Shown: positions 37,376 through 46,508 of the stretch, piece after piece | How positions within the stretch are numbered: position 1 is the stretch's first letter | Layout: the number at the start of each line of letters is the position of its first letter | NCBI GenBank assembly: GCA_048885525.1 | Contig: JBHLLP010000008.1 | Coordinates: 32,001 to 96,000, forward strand | DNA length: 64,000 bases | Reading direction: 5' to 3' | Source: Candidatus Hermodarchaeota archaeon | GTDB lineage: Archaea; Asgardarchaeota; Lokiarchaeia; Sigyniarchaeales; SOKP01 | Position numbers and translations under genes: made by a program | The notes under the pieces: model-generated | What the model was told of the DNA's origin: nothing | The model's input: the letters and a program-made list of their open reading frames with translations, nothing else | Database searches by the model: none

Positions 37376-38257
37376 CTATTTTGTTAATTTTTCCAAAGTA
37401 CTAATTTTTGTATTAATCTTTTTCAATTTAAGGTCAAATTCCTTATCTTTTTTATTATAATCATCTTCTGTAATCTCTTTTGCATGATATCTACCTTTAT
37501 TAAGCTTTCTCTCTCCAGAAATTTCTGCTTTTTCTAATTTTAAATCTTGAATCCATAATTTCATTCCTTCAATTAGGTCTTCTGTTTCACTTTCTAAATC
37601 AATTTTTTCTTGTTTATATTTTTCTCTTAATTTCTCAAAAGTTTCTTTATCAACTTTATGCAATTTATGCTCTCTTGATAAATTTTCAAGTTGAAAAATT
37701 TTAGTGTCAATGTCATCTTGAATTCTTTGAACAATGAAAGGTTCTTCTAAGTTCTGCTTAATTACATTCTCTTTCTCTTTCAATTCACTTATTAATGTTT
37801 TTACTGCCTCTAATTTTAAATTTATTTCTTTTTTAAATTCCATATCATAATCATACCGTTCATCTTTTGTTGATTTTGAAATTTCAGTCAATTTTTCAGC
37901 AAGGACTTCTTTGTTTAATTGAATATCGTTATATTCAATATAATAAACCAATTGTTCTTTTACTTCTTCTGGAAGAGGCTTGATTTCTTTTTTTTCTTTT
38001 GCCTTTTTGGCTTTCTTCTTATCTTTTTCTGCTTCTTCCATATCAAAAATTTGCTGTTTTTGTTCCTCTTCCCTCTGTTGGATTTCTTCTACTTTTTCTT
38101 TAACTTCTACTTTTTCTTCTTTTTTTACTTCTTCTTTTCTATCTAAACTTTTTGCTGATTTAGGGATATCAGTGAGCAAGGGTTTACCACAAATAATACA
38201 GAACTTATCTGTTTCTTTTACAGGGTTACCACAATAAGGACAAAACTTGGGGCTCAT
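37376..38257 (-). CDS. Zinc-ribbon plus long coiled-coil protein
   Basis: CPYCG..CIICG, charged linker, heptads; GGTGA RBS. Confidence 0.75.
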   Translation of the reverse strand: MSPKFCPYCGNPVKETDKFCIICGKPLLTDIPKSAKSLDRKEEVKKEEKVEVKEKVEEIQQREEEQKQQIFDMEEAEKDKKKAKKAKEKKEIKPLPEEVKEQLVYYIEYNDIQLNKEVLAEKLTEISKSTKDERYDYDMEFKKEINLKLEAVKTLISELKEKENVIKQNLEEPFIVQRIQDDIDTKIFQLENLSREHKLHKVDKETFEKLREKYKQEKIDLESETEDLIEGMKLWIQDLKLEKAEISGERKLNKGRYHAKEITEDDYNKKDKEFDLKLKKINTKISTLEKLTK

Positions 38258-38329
38258 ATCTTCACCATTTTAAAGATGTCTTATTATTCTTTATTTAATT
38301 AAAATAAAACTTTAATTATAAGTCTATTA

Positions 38330-38346
38330 GAGTCCAATATTTAAAA
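38330..38346 (-). promoter_or_regulatory. Motif TTTTAAATATTGGACTC (copy 2 of 3)
   Basis: 72 nt before the 38257 start, same spacing as copy 1. Confidence 0.5.
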
Positions 38347-38484
38347 GAATTATGATGTCAGTATTCATTTCTCTTACTGTTTAATTGTTAAAAATCTGAA
38401 AATTATATGAAATTTCTAACATAAAATTAAATTTTGTAGGTAGACCTAATGATTGGATATATACTTCTTTTGAGAGATTTAACA

Positions 38485-39669
38485 CTAACCTAGAACACGT
38501 TTTGCGTAAGGAATTTTTCGAAAGATGAAATGACTAAGGAAGAAGCAGAGAGGCACAGCAATTAGAGAAACAATGATAAATTTTACTACAGTTGGGATGG
38601 TTATTGACAAAAAGGCTACATTAAGTGCAATAAGGACTGGTTGGTGTATTATGTAAACGGTAAATACATTTGTAGCTAAATTTTTATATAAACGCCCCTG
38701 ATGAGTAATTAGTTCCCGAAACATATATATTAGCCAAATTGGAATCCCTATCAAAAGAATTGATTCCCAGATGGTATATGTTAATGCTTGCCATGTAAAT
38801 CCTCCTTTAAAGACGTCGTAATTTCCATTTTCCAATGCCCCTCCTAACAATAAAATGATCGGGGCAAGAATGATCATAATAAGAGATATGATCCCCCACT
38901 TTCGGGCATGTGAATTAGATATCCGGCTAAACCAATCCCCCCTATAAGCTAATATACCGCAGTAAAAGGAAAATATATAATGAATAATATGGGCGAATTG
39001 AATAAAAAAATACCATGTATCTACCGGGAAAAATAGCCGAACCAAAAAGTTTAGAAATGATAGAATCCCAATAGAGAGAATTATTACCCTACTAGGAGGA
39101 AATTTATCTCGAAATATATGAATAGATTTTTGTGGAAAATATCTATCTGTAAACACTCGGAATAGCACATAAACTCCTGCAAAAATCAATAAAACCAATA
39201 AAAACCAAAGATGCCCGAAATTGAGATTAAAATTTGTATATTGGTATTGTAGGACCTCCAGGAAAGACCAACTCTCAGTACTATCTACTGCAAAATTTAG
39301 TAAGATGTAAAAGTTAATCGGTCGGATTATAATGATTAACAGAACCAAAGGAATCCCTAAACGGATCAACCGATCTTTGAGAAATTTGAGTGACCCTTTT
39401 TCTTCATAGGATCGAGGAGTGAAATACCCTGCTAATAGAAAGAAGGCAGACATAAAGAATGATTGATTAATAGCATTAAATAAGGTAAAGATGATGGGAC
39501 TGATGGAATCAGACGCCCCTTCTCTTATTGCCCAACCACCACTTCCACCGTATGCGATAGCAGCATGATGAACAATCACTAAAATCGTTAAAAATATACG
39601 TAATTTATCCAAGTAAAAGAGTCTTGTTTTTATAGATGGTATTTGTATTTCTTCTTGTATTTGTTTCAT
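38485..39669 (-). CDS. Acyltransferase family 3 (OpgC/MdoC-like) membrane protein
   Basis: RLFYLDKLR..LVIVHH, FFMSAFFLLAGYF, DRLIRLGIP, GHLWFL, VYIIHQP. Confidence 0.92.
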   Translation of the reverse strand: MKQIQEEIQIPSIKTRLFYLDKLRIFLTILVIVHHAAIAYGGSGGWAIREGASDSISPIIFTLFNAINQSFFMSAFFLLAGYFTPRSYEEKGSLKFLKDRLIRLGIPLVLLIIIIRPINFYILLNFAVDSTESWSFLEVLQYQYTNFNLNFGHLWFLLVLLIFAGVYVLFRVFTDRYFPQKSIHIFRDKFPPSRVIILSIGILSFLNFLVRLFFPVDTWYFFIQFAHIIHYIFSFYCGILAYRGDWFSRISNSHARKWGIISLIMIILAPIILLLGGALENGNYDVFKGGFTWQALTYTIWESILLIGIPIWLIYMFRELITHQGRLYKNLATNVFTVYIIHQPVLIALNVAFLSITIPTVVKFIIVSLIAVPLCFFLSHFIFRKIPYAKRVLG

Positions 39670-39751
39670 GAAAATATCAAAACTTTTAGTTTAGAAAATT
39701 ATAAAATAACTTACTTGCTATTTTCAATTCAAATTATACTTAAGATTAAAG

Positions 39752-39768
39752 GAGTCCAATTTTTAAAA
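39752..39768 (-). promoter_or_regulatory. Motif TTTTAAAAATTGGACTC (copy 3 of 3)
   Basis: Identical to 2756-2772; 82 nt before the 39669 start. Confidence 0.5.
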
Positions 39769-39845
39769 TTCCTTATATTGAATTGTATTTTTAATCAAAT
39801 TCAATAACAACTTATAAATTTACTTCATATTTAATGTAATTAGAG

Positions 39846-41264
39846 ATGGATATTGAAAATAAAATCCCAATACACATTGGATTATTTGGGCATATTGACT
39901 CTGGGAAGACAGCAATAGCAAAAGTAATTAGTGAAATAATTTCTACAGCTGGTATTGATGCACATCCCCAGAGCAAAGAAAGAGGGATAACTATAGATTT
40001 AGGTTTTACAAGTTTTTTGCTGGATAAATATCTAGTTACCTTAGTGGATGGTCCTGGTCATGCAGATTTAATAAGGATTAGTGCTTCTTCAATAGAAATT
40101 ATCGATTGCGCTTTAATTGTTATAGATATTAATAAAGGGCCTCAAGTTCAAACGGGAGAACATCTTATTATGATCGAATCGCTTGAAATCGATAAAATCA
40201 TTGTTATTCTCAATAAAATCGATCTTTTTACTGGAAACCTTGAGGTAGAAATAAATAAAACAAGGGAATTTTTTAATTCAACATCTTTTGGCTATGATGT
40301 TCCAATTTTTGCTATTTCAGCAAAAAAAGAAATAGGTTTTGAAGAATTAAAGATTGGGATATTAGAAATGATTAATTCATTGAAAATTGATAGAGTTACT
40401 GAAGGTGAGGTCATTATTCCCATTGATCATCATTTTCCAATAAAAGGTATGGGATCAATTTTAACAGGTACAATGTTAAATGGAATCTTAAAAATAAATC
40501 AAAAGCTCGAAATATTACCAGTAAAAGTATCCGGTAGAGTCAAAAACATTCAGATATTTCACCAGAATGTCGATACTGCAAAAGCAGGTGATAGGGTTGG
40601 GATTAATATAAAAAGATTGGATTTGAAAAAAATATATCGAGGTTGTTATGCAACAAATAATCCTGATGCTTTTGAGTATTGCAATACTATTGAAGTAAAA
40701 ATAAATAATAATAGGTTATTCAAACCAAAAACTAGTTCTGGGACTCAAGTTCATATTACAATTGGAATGGTAACTATTACGGGTTATATTTATCCATACT
40801 ATGAATTGGATGGAAAAAAAATTCAAACTTCAGTTTCAAATAGAGATCAAGGATTTAAGGCAATAATTTTGTTCAAGGAAAAAGTTTTAATAAGAAAAGC
40901 AAGAACAATTATGTTGTTAAGTCGATTAGATTTACCTCCAACTACCTTAAGAATATTAGGATCAGCAGTATTATTGAAGATATATAAAGATCCACCTTTA
41001 CTATATAAACGCAAAACAAAAAAAGGCATAATTAAAAATCCAGACCACCCTCAAGGAATTGTCTGTGTAGGGTTAGCACAAAGCGTTACTGGTGCCAAAA
41101 AAATTGTTGGTAAAAGTTTAGAACATCCTTTTACAAAAGTTTTAAACACTTTTGGTAGTAAAGGAGCAGTTATTGTTGGTATTAAAGAAATAGAAAAAAA
41201 AGTAAACAAGGGAGATCCCGTGTTTCTGAAAGAATTAAGAAGTTTTCAACTAAAAAACATTTAA
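39846..41264 (+). CDS. selB: Selenocysteine-specific elongation factor SelB (archaeal/eEFSec-type)
   Basis: GLFGHIDSGKT, ERGITIDLGF, DGPGH, QTGEH, NKID, IDHHFPIKGMG, AGDRVG, LSRLDL, FGSKG. Confidence 0.92.
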   Translation: MDIENKIPIHIGLFGHIDSGKTAIAKVISEIISTAGIDAHPQSKERGITIDLGFTSFLLDKYLVTLVDGPGHADLIRISASSIEIIDCALIVIDINKGPQVQTGEHLIMIESLEIDKIIVILNKIDLFTGNLEVEINKTREFFNSTSFGYDVPIFAISAKKEIGFEELKIGILEMINSLKIDRVTEGEVIIPIDHHFPIKGMGSILTGTMLNGILKINQKLEILPVKVSGRVKNIQIFHQNVDTAKAGDRVGINIKRLDLKKIYRGCYATNNPDAFEYCNTIEVKINNNRLFKPKTSSGTQVHITIGMVTITGYIYPYYELDGKKIQTSVSNRDQGFKAIILFKEKVLIRKARTIMLLSRLDLPPTTLRILGSAVLLKIYKDPPLLYKRKTKKGIIKNPDHPQGIVCVGLAQSVTGAKKIVGKSLEHPFTKVLNTFGSKGAVIVGIKEIEKKVNKGDPVFLKELRSFQLKNI

Positions 41265-41295
41265 ATGCTCAAAAATTAATATTATCTTAACAGAG

Positions 41296-41739
41296 GTGTT
41301 TAAATTGGAAAAAGCTAATGATTCTGAAATTGACATCAATCAAGATATTCTAGATGAATTAATGCGAGCTTTGGAGAGGTTAGAAGCTTCAACCGATTTG
41401 GAAGGAACAGCTGTAGTTTCAAAAACTGGATTAAGAATTGCGAGTTCTGAAACTGCTGATGTTGTTTGGGATATTTATAGTGCTAGTCCAGCTACCCTAA
41501 TTTCCTTAGGTGAAAAAATTAGCCAAGGTTTACAACAAGGCGAATTAAGAGACATTGTCATTAGAGGAACTAAAGGTTATACAATAATATTAGTCGGATC
41601 AGCAGAAAATAATTTTATGTTATTTACCAACTGTAAAAAGGGGTATAAGTTAGGATATTATTTCCATAAGATTAGAAAATCTTTTAGAGAAATGGAACCA
41701 GTTTTAAAGAAAATTGAGACAAAAGATATAACTTATTAG
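41296..41739 (+). CDS. Roadblock/LC7 domain protein
   Basis: LEGTAVVSKTGLRIAS, SLGEKI..LQQGEL..IVIRGTKGYTIIL. Confidence 0.88.
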   Translation: MFKLEKANDSEIDINQDILDELMRALERLEASTDLEGTAVVSKTGLRIASSETADVVWDIYSASPATLISLGEKISQGLQQGELRDIVIRGTKGYTIILVGSAENNFMLFTNCKKGYKLGYYFHKIRKSFREMEPVLKKIETKDITY

Positions 41740-41806
41740 TAAAAACTTTCTTCTATCTTGTTTCTATACTAAATAGAATAAAAAATAATGGAAAAACCAT
41801 TTTATT

Positions 41807-43612
41807 TTACCCAAAAATCCATTTGACAACATCACTATTCTTTAAATTATATTTATTTGCTGAAACTCCAGGAAATTCATCATTAATAGAATAACGCCAA
41901 TTCCCACTTCTATAATTAATACTCTCCACGATAATTCCCATATCACCGTAATCAGTGATTTCTACCTTACAACATTTTGTTAATGCATCATAAGCAGTAG
42001 TATTGTAATCAGTTAACACAATATTTTCCCACGTATTAACTGTTCCATTTCCATAATCAACAATTAGGGTTATATCTTGGACTTCTTTTAAAGGTTCATT
42101 TACTTCACTAACCTCTATACTTGAGGTAAAAACGAAAAAGGCCGCAAAACTAGCAATAGCTAAGATGCCAATTATTATATATTTATTAAATTTCATGATT
42201 TTAGGTTTAAACCTTGATATAATTAGAGATGCTAATATTAATGTTAAACTTATTAAAGCAATACCTATATATGGAAGCAATTTTACGAAAAAGTTATCTG
42301 ATTGGGTAAATCTATCTTCTGAAGATTCCCATGGAATATAACCATTAATTACCATCTCAATTAAATAACTTCCTACTGAAGTATTAGCCCAAAGTAAAAG
42401 TCCACTCCATTTTTCATAAATCATTTGTGTCTTTTGTCCTCCACCAATTTGTTCAAATGATATCTTAAGGGTTGATAATGTTTCTTCAAGAGAAACTAAT
42501 CCATTTACAAATCCTGATCCCTCTTGTAATGCAAGATTCTTTACTTTTGTTAAATTGTCGATAATTTGTATTAGAAAACCAGATTGGAAGTTATTATATC
42601 CAAGTGTGAGAGCCCATCCTAATTCACTATTTGATCTATTACTTAGTGTGAAATTTGTTAATAAAATACCAGAAATGTTCTCAGCTATTTCAATATCAAA
42701 CCAAGGGATAGGATCATCTATAATATTACCCCAATCATTTTGATCTTTATTAAAATAGCCTGTAATATTGATAGAAATTTGACCTCCAAGATTAGTTTTC
42801 CAATCACCTTCATAGGAGTTACCCGGCCATGCTGTAAAATTATACCACCCAACAGCTCCTCCAAATTGAAGAACATTATATTCAAAGTTCGAATTATAAT
42901 CTAAAGTGAAGTTTAATGATTGGATTTCAAGTAAAAATCCAAATATACTAGTTTTTGCCCAGACTAATAAGCCCGTCCACTTATCATATAAAAATGATGT
43001 TTTTTGATCACCATTAATTTGTTCAAATCCAATATATAAGAAATTATATGTCTCTTCTATATTAATATCTCCTATAATGTCATATATTCCTCCAGGATTT
43101 GCTTGACTTATAGCCAACTTTTTAATATTTGTCAGATTTTCGTTTGGTATTAAAAATCCTGGTTGAAAATTGTTATATCCAAGTGTTAAGGCTCTCGCAA
43201 CTTCACTGTTGGATTTATTAGTTAATGTGAAGTTTGTGCTAAGAATTCCTAGATTATTCACATAAATTCCAACATCGAACCAGGGGATTGGATCTTCGAA
43301 TACATTTCCCCAATCACCAGGATCTTTATCATAAAAACCTGTGAAATTTATATTAATTTGACCATCAATGTTAGTTCTCCAATCTCCTTCATAAGAATTA
43401 GGCCATGGAGAAAAATTATACCATGAAGCAGAGTCTCCGAACTGTTTAACTTCATATACATAAGTATCATTGAAATTAAGATTCTGACAATATGAATTAG
43501 GAATAGCTTCTACAGCTCTAACAACCGGGATTGAACCTGAATAAATTAATTGAATAAAAACTATAAGAAAGATAAGATATGTTGTTTTTTTGGAGTCGGT
43601 CATCACGTTCAA
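41807..43612 (-). CDS. Surface glycoprotein: signal peptide, two ~190-aa repeats, 2 TM, C-terminal DUF4430/transcobalamin-like domain
   Basis: ITLIVDYGNGT..TTAYDAL..GIIVESIN..WRYSIN..VSANKY.LKNSDVVKW; many N-X-S/T sequons. Confidence 0.75.
   Translation of the reverse strand: MNVMTDSKKTTYLIFLIVFIQLIYSGSIPVVRAVEAIPNSYCQNLNFNDTYVYEVKQFGDSASWYNFSPWPNSYEGDWRTNIDGQININFTGFYDKDPGDWGNVFEDPIPWFDVGIYVNNLGILSTNFTLTNKSNSEVARALTLGYNNFQPGFLIPNENLTNIKKLAISQANPGGIYDIIGDINIEETYNFLYIGFEQINGDQKTSFLYDKWTGLLVWAKTSIFGFLLEIQSLNFTLDYNSNFEYNVLQFGGAVGWYNFTAWPGNSYEGDWKTNLGGQISINITGYFNKDQNDWGNIIDDPIPWFDIEIAENISGILLTNFTLSNRSNSELGWALTLGYNNFQSGFLIQIIDNLTKVKNLALQEGSGFVNGLVSLEETLSTLKISFEQIGGGQKTQMIYEKWSGLLLWANTSVGSYLIEMVINGYIPWESSEDRFTQSDNFFVKLLPYIGIALISLTLILASLIISRFKPKIMKFNKYIIIGILAIASFAAFFVFTSSIEVSEVNEPLKEVQDITLIVDYGNGTVNTWENIVLTDYNTTAYDALTKCCKVEITDYGDMGIIVESINYRSGNWRYSINDEFPGVSANKYNLKNSDVVKWIFG
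42335..43471 (-). repeat. Two-copy internal domain repeat (approximate limits)
   Basis: WYNF..WP.NSYEGDW.TN..GQI.IN.TG...KD..DWGN...DPIPWFD and ALTLGYNNFQ.GFLI each occur twice. Confidence 0.85.
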
Positions 43613-43648
43613 TTAATATATTTTATTTTTAATGAATAGTAATAATTA

Positions 43649-43673
43649 ATAGGTTAAGTTTCCTAGGAAACTT
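43649..43673 (-). promoter_or_regulatory. Putative operator TAGGAAACTTAACCTAT overlapping perfect palindrome AAGTTTCCTAGGAAACTT
   Basis: 17-mer (43649-43665, - strand) identical to 45067-45083 (+); palindrome 43656-43673. Confidence 0.65.
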
Positions 43674-43851
43674 GTACTAGTATTTATAAATATAGGATCT
43701 ATTTTTAATATTTTGATCTTGCGATAAAATATTTAAATTCAAATACCAATGATCAATTATCACGAGAAAACAGAGAAAATTGAATTAAGAATGATAAAAT
43801 CTGAGGAACATCGCCAAAACTTATTAAACCTTGCAAGAAGGCTCTGTTACT

Positions 43852-43998
43852 ATGAAAGATACAGTTACAATTAATACTAATAGTTGCTTAGGATGCGGTT
43901 AATGTGCACTGAAATATCCAAATAGTGCAATAACTATGAAATGTCTCGAAAGAGAAGAAGTTCCGCTTAAAAGAGAAGCGATTGAAATTGTGAATTAA
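43852..43998 (+). pseudogene. Degenerate 4Fe-4S ferredoxin-domain fragment
   Basis: MKDTVTINTNSCLGCG*CALKYPNSAITMK..: TAA at 43900 inside CxxCxxC; fourth Cys replaced by Tyr. Confidence 0.7.
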
Positions 43999-44020
43999 AA
44001 AAATTCTTTTTATTTACTTA

Positions 44021-44485
44021 TTAGGGAAGTTGTTTATCTGCAATTTTCTTTTTTAAAATCCAAAGTGCTTTAGACCAAGCATTTTGAAAATAATTTCGAG
44101 CTTTATTCCATTCAGAACCATTTCTCCAACCAGTATGGAATAAATATATAAATGTCTTATTTGAATTAGAATCATTTTGAAAAAGAAACACAATAATATG
44201 TGTAAGAGGATCAGCAGAATTCATAAAAGATTCAAAATCAGTGGGTCCTTTCCAGTTAAATGAAATAAATTTATTTCTATCAATGCCAGTAATTCTGCAT
44301 CCAATTGTGCTATTACTTTTTCGATCTTCAGGTACCCAAAATAGTTCATATTTTCCCCCAACTTCAGGATTCACGTCTGCTTTTACTGTTAACCAATTCT
44401 CCAAGTAATTATTATCAATAAACATAGTAAAGGCAGTTTCTATATCGCAATCTATTTCCTCTTTAATCAATATAATATTTTCCAT
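44021..44485 (-). CDS. SRPBCC/AHSA1-like domain protein
   Basis: LENWL, ADVNPEVGGKYEL, ISFNW, LFHTGW, YFQNAW. Confidence 0.85.
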   Translation of the reverse strand: MENIILIKEEIDCDIETAFTMFIDNNYLENWLTVKADVNPEVGGKYELFWVPEDRKSNSTIGCRITGIDRNKFISFNWKGPTDFESFMNSADPLTHIIVFLFQNDSNSNKTFIYLFHTGWRNGSEWNKARNYFQNAWSKALWILKKKIADKQLP

Positions 44486-44597
44486 TCTTAGTTAACATCT
44501 ATATTATTAATTATAATTATAACAAAAAGTTATAAAGTATTATAAAGTAACAAACATTGAGACTATTTAAACCATATACTAACAAATTGGTAATATT

Positions 44598-45014
44598 GTG
44601 AGAAAAATGGAAGTTTGGGAGGATTTGAGTAATATGAAGAATTGCCCCATAGAAGTAGCTCTTAATTATTTAGGAAAGAAATGGACTATGCAAATAATTA
44701 GAGATTTATTTAAAGGTAAGAAAAGATTTTCAGAATTTTTAAAGGCAAATCCGCAAATTAGTACAAAAATGCTCTCATTGCGATTATCAGAACTACAGGA
44801 TTCGGGATTAATTAAGAAGAGCGTTCTTTCAACTACCCCTATACGAGTTGAATATTCTTTAACACAAAAAGGGAAAGCTCTCAATAAAGTTCTTTTTCAA
44901 TTAGCTGAATTTTCTCTAAATAATTACCCAAATGAAGTATATTATAATAAACCAAAATCAATCGAGGAAGATTTACTGAATCTAAAAGTTTTTTTTAATG
45001 GGAATAAATATTAG
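44598..45014 (+). CDS. HxlR family winged-helix transcription regulator
   Basis: CPIEVAL..LGKKWT, KRFSEF, ISTKMLSLRLSEL, RVEYSLTQKG. Confidence 0.92.
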   Translation: MRKMEVWEDLSNMKNCPIEVALNYLGKKWTMQIIRDLFKGKKRFSEFLKANPQISTKMLSLRLSELQDSGLIKKSVLSTTPIRVEYSLTQKGKALNKVLFQLAEFSLNNYPNEVYYNKPKSIEEDLLNLKVFFNGNKY

Positions 45015-45066
45015 AAATTCACCATTTTTAATCTCAATTCTTGAAGAGTAGAAGTCTTAAGATCTA

Positions 45067-45083
45067 TAGGAAACTTAACCTAT
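45067..45083 (+). promoter_or_regulatory. Putative operator TAGGAAACTTAACCTAT
   Basis: Identical to the site upstream of the DUF4430 gene; TAGG-N8-CCTA symmetry. Confidence 0.65.
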
Positions 45084-45139
45084 AAGTTTAAATTCTTATA
45101 ATCATTACATATCGAAAAGATAATTAGACTGAGACTAAA

Positions 45140-45784
45140 TTGGAATTAAAACCTGAAGCAGATTTAACAAATGAAAACATTGAAATATTAGAAACTGAGC
45201 AAGAAAGAGTTAAAGATACAATATGGTTTAACCGGAGCTCTTTCCGAATTGCCCTAATCAGTACTTTTACAGCATTAACGATAGTTTTAGGGTATTTGCT
45301 AATACAATTGCCTAATATAGAGTTATTTACTCTAATGATATTCTTATCTGGTTTTATATTAGGGAAAAGAGATGGAATGATAGTTGGACTTTTAAGTTCT
45401 TTCATTTTTTGTTATTTTAATCCTTTCGGTTCTTCTCCTTTACCACTTTTAGCATTCCAATTAATCTATTATTCAATAACAGGATTATTAGGAGCTTTTA
45501 CAAGTAATCTTTTACAAAATAAAAAATTGTTCAAATATGAAGAAGATTTTTATAATTTTCGTGTTATGGTATTATTTGGTACTATTGGTGCTTTGATTAC
45601 TATAAATTTTCAAATTTTTTCTACAATAATTCATGTTTTATCATTTTTAGGAACTTTAAATGAATTTTTACCATATTTTCTCTCAGGATCAGTATTTACA
45701 ATTGTACATATTATTGGTAATACACTTGGATTTATTTTTATTTTACCAGGGTTGATTCAACTAATAAACAAGATGCTTCATTAG
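45140..45784 (+). CDS. ECF transporter S-component, CbrT-like (probably cobalamin)
   Basis: RIALISTFTAL, LPNIELFTLMIFLSG..G..DG, FQLIYY, HIIGN; about 6 TM. Confidence 0.7.
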   Translation: MELKPEADLTNENIEILETEQERVKDTIWFNRSSFRIALISTFTALTIVLGYLLIQLPNIELFTLMIFLSGFILGKRDGMIVGLLSSFIFCYFNPFGSSPLPLLAFQLIYYSITGLLGAFTSNLLQNKKLFKYEEDFYNFRVMVLFGTIGALITINFQIFSTIIHVLSFLGTLNEFLPYFLSGSVFTIVHIIGNTLGFIFILPGLIQLINKMLH

Positions 45785-45798
45785 AAATGGTTAAGAAT

Positions 45799-45936
45799 TT
45801 AAAAAATAGCGAGAAATGCAATTGTTGATGGCAACATCATTAGAAGAATAATTATTATACAAATTAATAAGCAGGTGTTCCTCTTCCTTTTCTGTTCATT
45901 ATTATCATCCACTTCATTCAGATGTTCTTTCTCCAT
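45799..45936 (-). CDS. Tail-anchored-type microprotein (45 aa)
   Basis: MEKEHLNEVDDNNEQKRKRNTCLLICIIIILLMMLPSTIAFLAIF*; co-oriented after uL15. Confidence 0.55.
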   Translation of the reverse strand: MEKEHLNEVDDNNEQKRKRNTCLLICIIIILLMMLPSTIAFLAIF

Positions 45937-46008
45937 CTTAATATCTTTTAAATAGATGTAATTTCAATATAATTAATAAGAGAGGAATATTGATAACTTA
46001 TAATTAAT

Positions 46009-46497
46009 CTATTCTGATTGGGTTAATAATGTAATCTTTCCACCAGCAGTTTCTACTTTTTCAATAGCTTTTTTTGACGCTTTATTAACAGTTATATTAA
46101 TTGTCCTATTAATTACGCCACGACCTAGTATCTTCTGAATATTTATGTCATTTAAATTAATATTGTAAGTATTTCCAGATTTGGAAGCTTTTTTGTTTAA
46201 AACAAAATTTTCAATATTTAGGTCTAAATCTTTAACGTTAATTGTATTAACTTGATAAATTCTAACAATATCTTGCGGTCTTTTAAAACCTTTTTTTCCA
46301 ATATCCCAATCTGGGTCTGGAAATCCGAGTTCTTTTTGTTTTAAATAATAACTTTTTTTGCTTTTTTTCCACTGAGTAGTTTTCCCTCTACCAGCACGCT
46401 GTCCTGTTTTTCTATGTTGCCCTACTTTCCCATAACCACGAGTCCGTCTTCCTCTCATTTTTTGAACTTTTTTAGGAAATTTTCTAGTAATAATCAT
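46009..46497 (-). CDS. rpl15: 50S ribosomal protein uL15
   Basis: KMRGRRTRGYG, GKKGF, KILGRG, ASKKAIEKVETAGG. Confidence 0.95.
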   Translation of the reverse strand: MIITRKFPKKVQKMRGRRTRGYGKVGQHRKTGQRAGRGKTTQWKKSKKSYYLKQKELGFPDPDWDIGKKGFKRPQDIVRIYQVNTINVKDLDLNIENFVLNKKASKSGNTYNINLNDINIQKILGRGVINRTINITVNKASKKAIEKVETAGGKITLLTQSE

Positions 46498-46508
46498 CCA
46501 CCTTTTTA

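Noticed and set aside
38330-39768. Flanking 17-bp direct repeats read as target-site duplication of the acyltransferase
   Set aside because: A third copy at 2756 and consistent spacing to start codons favour a promoter motif; no mobility gene.
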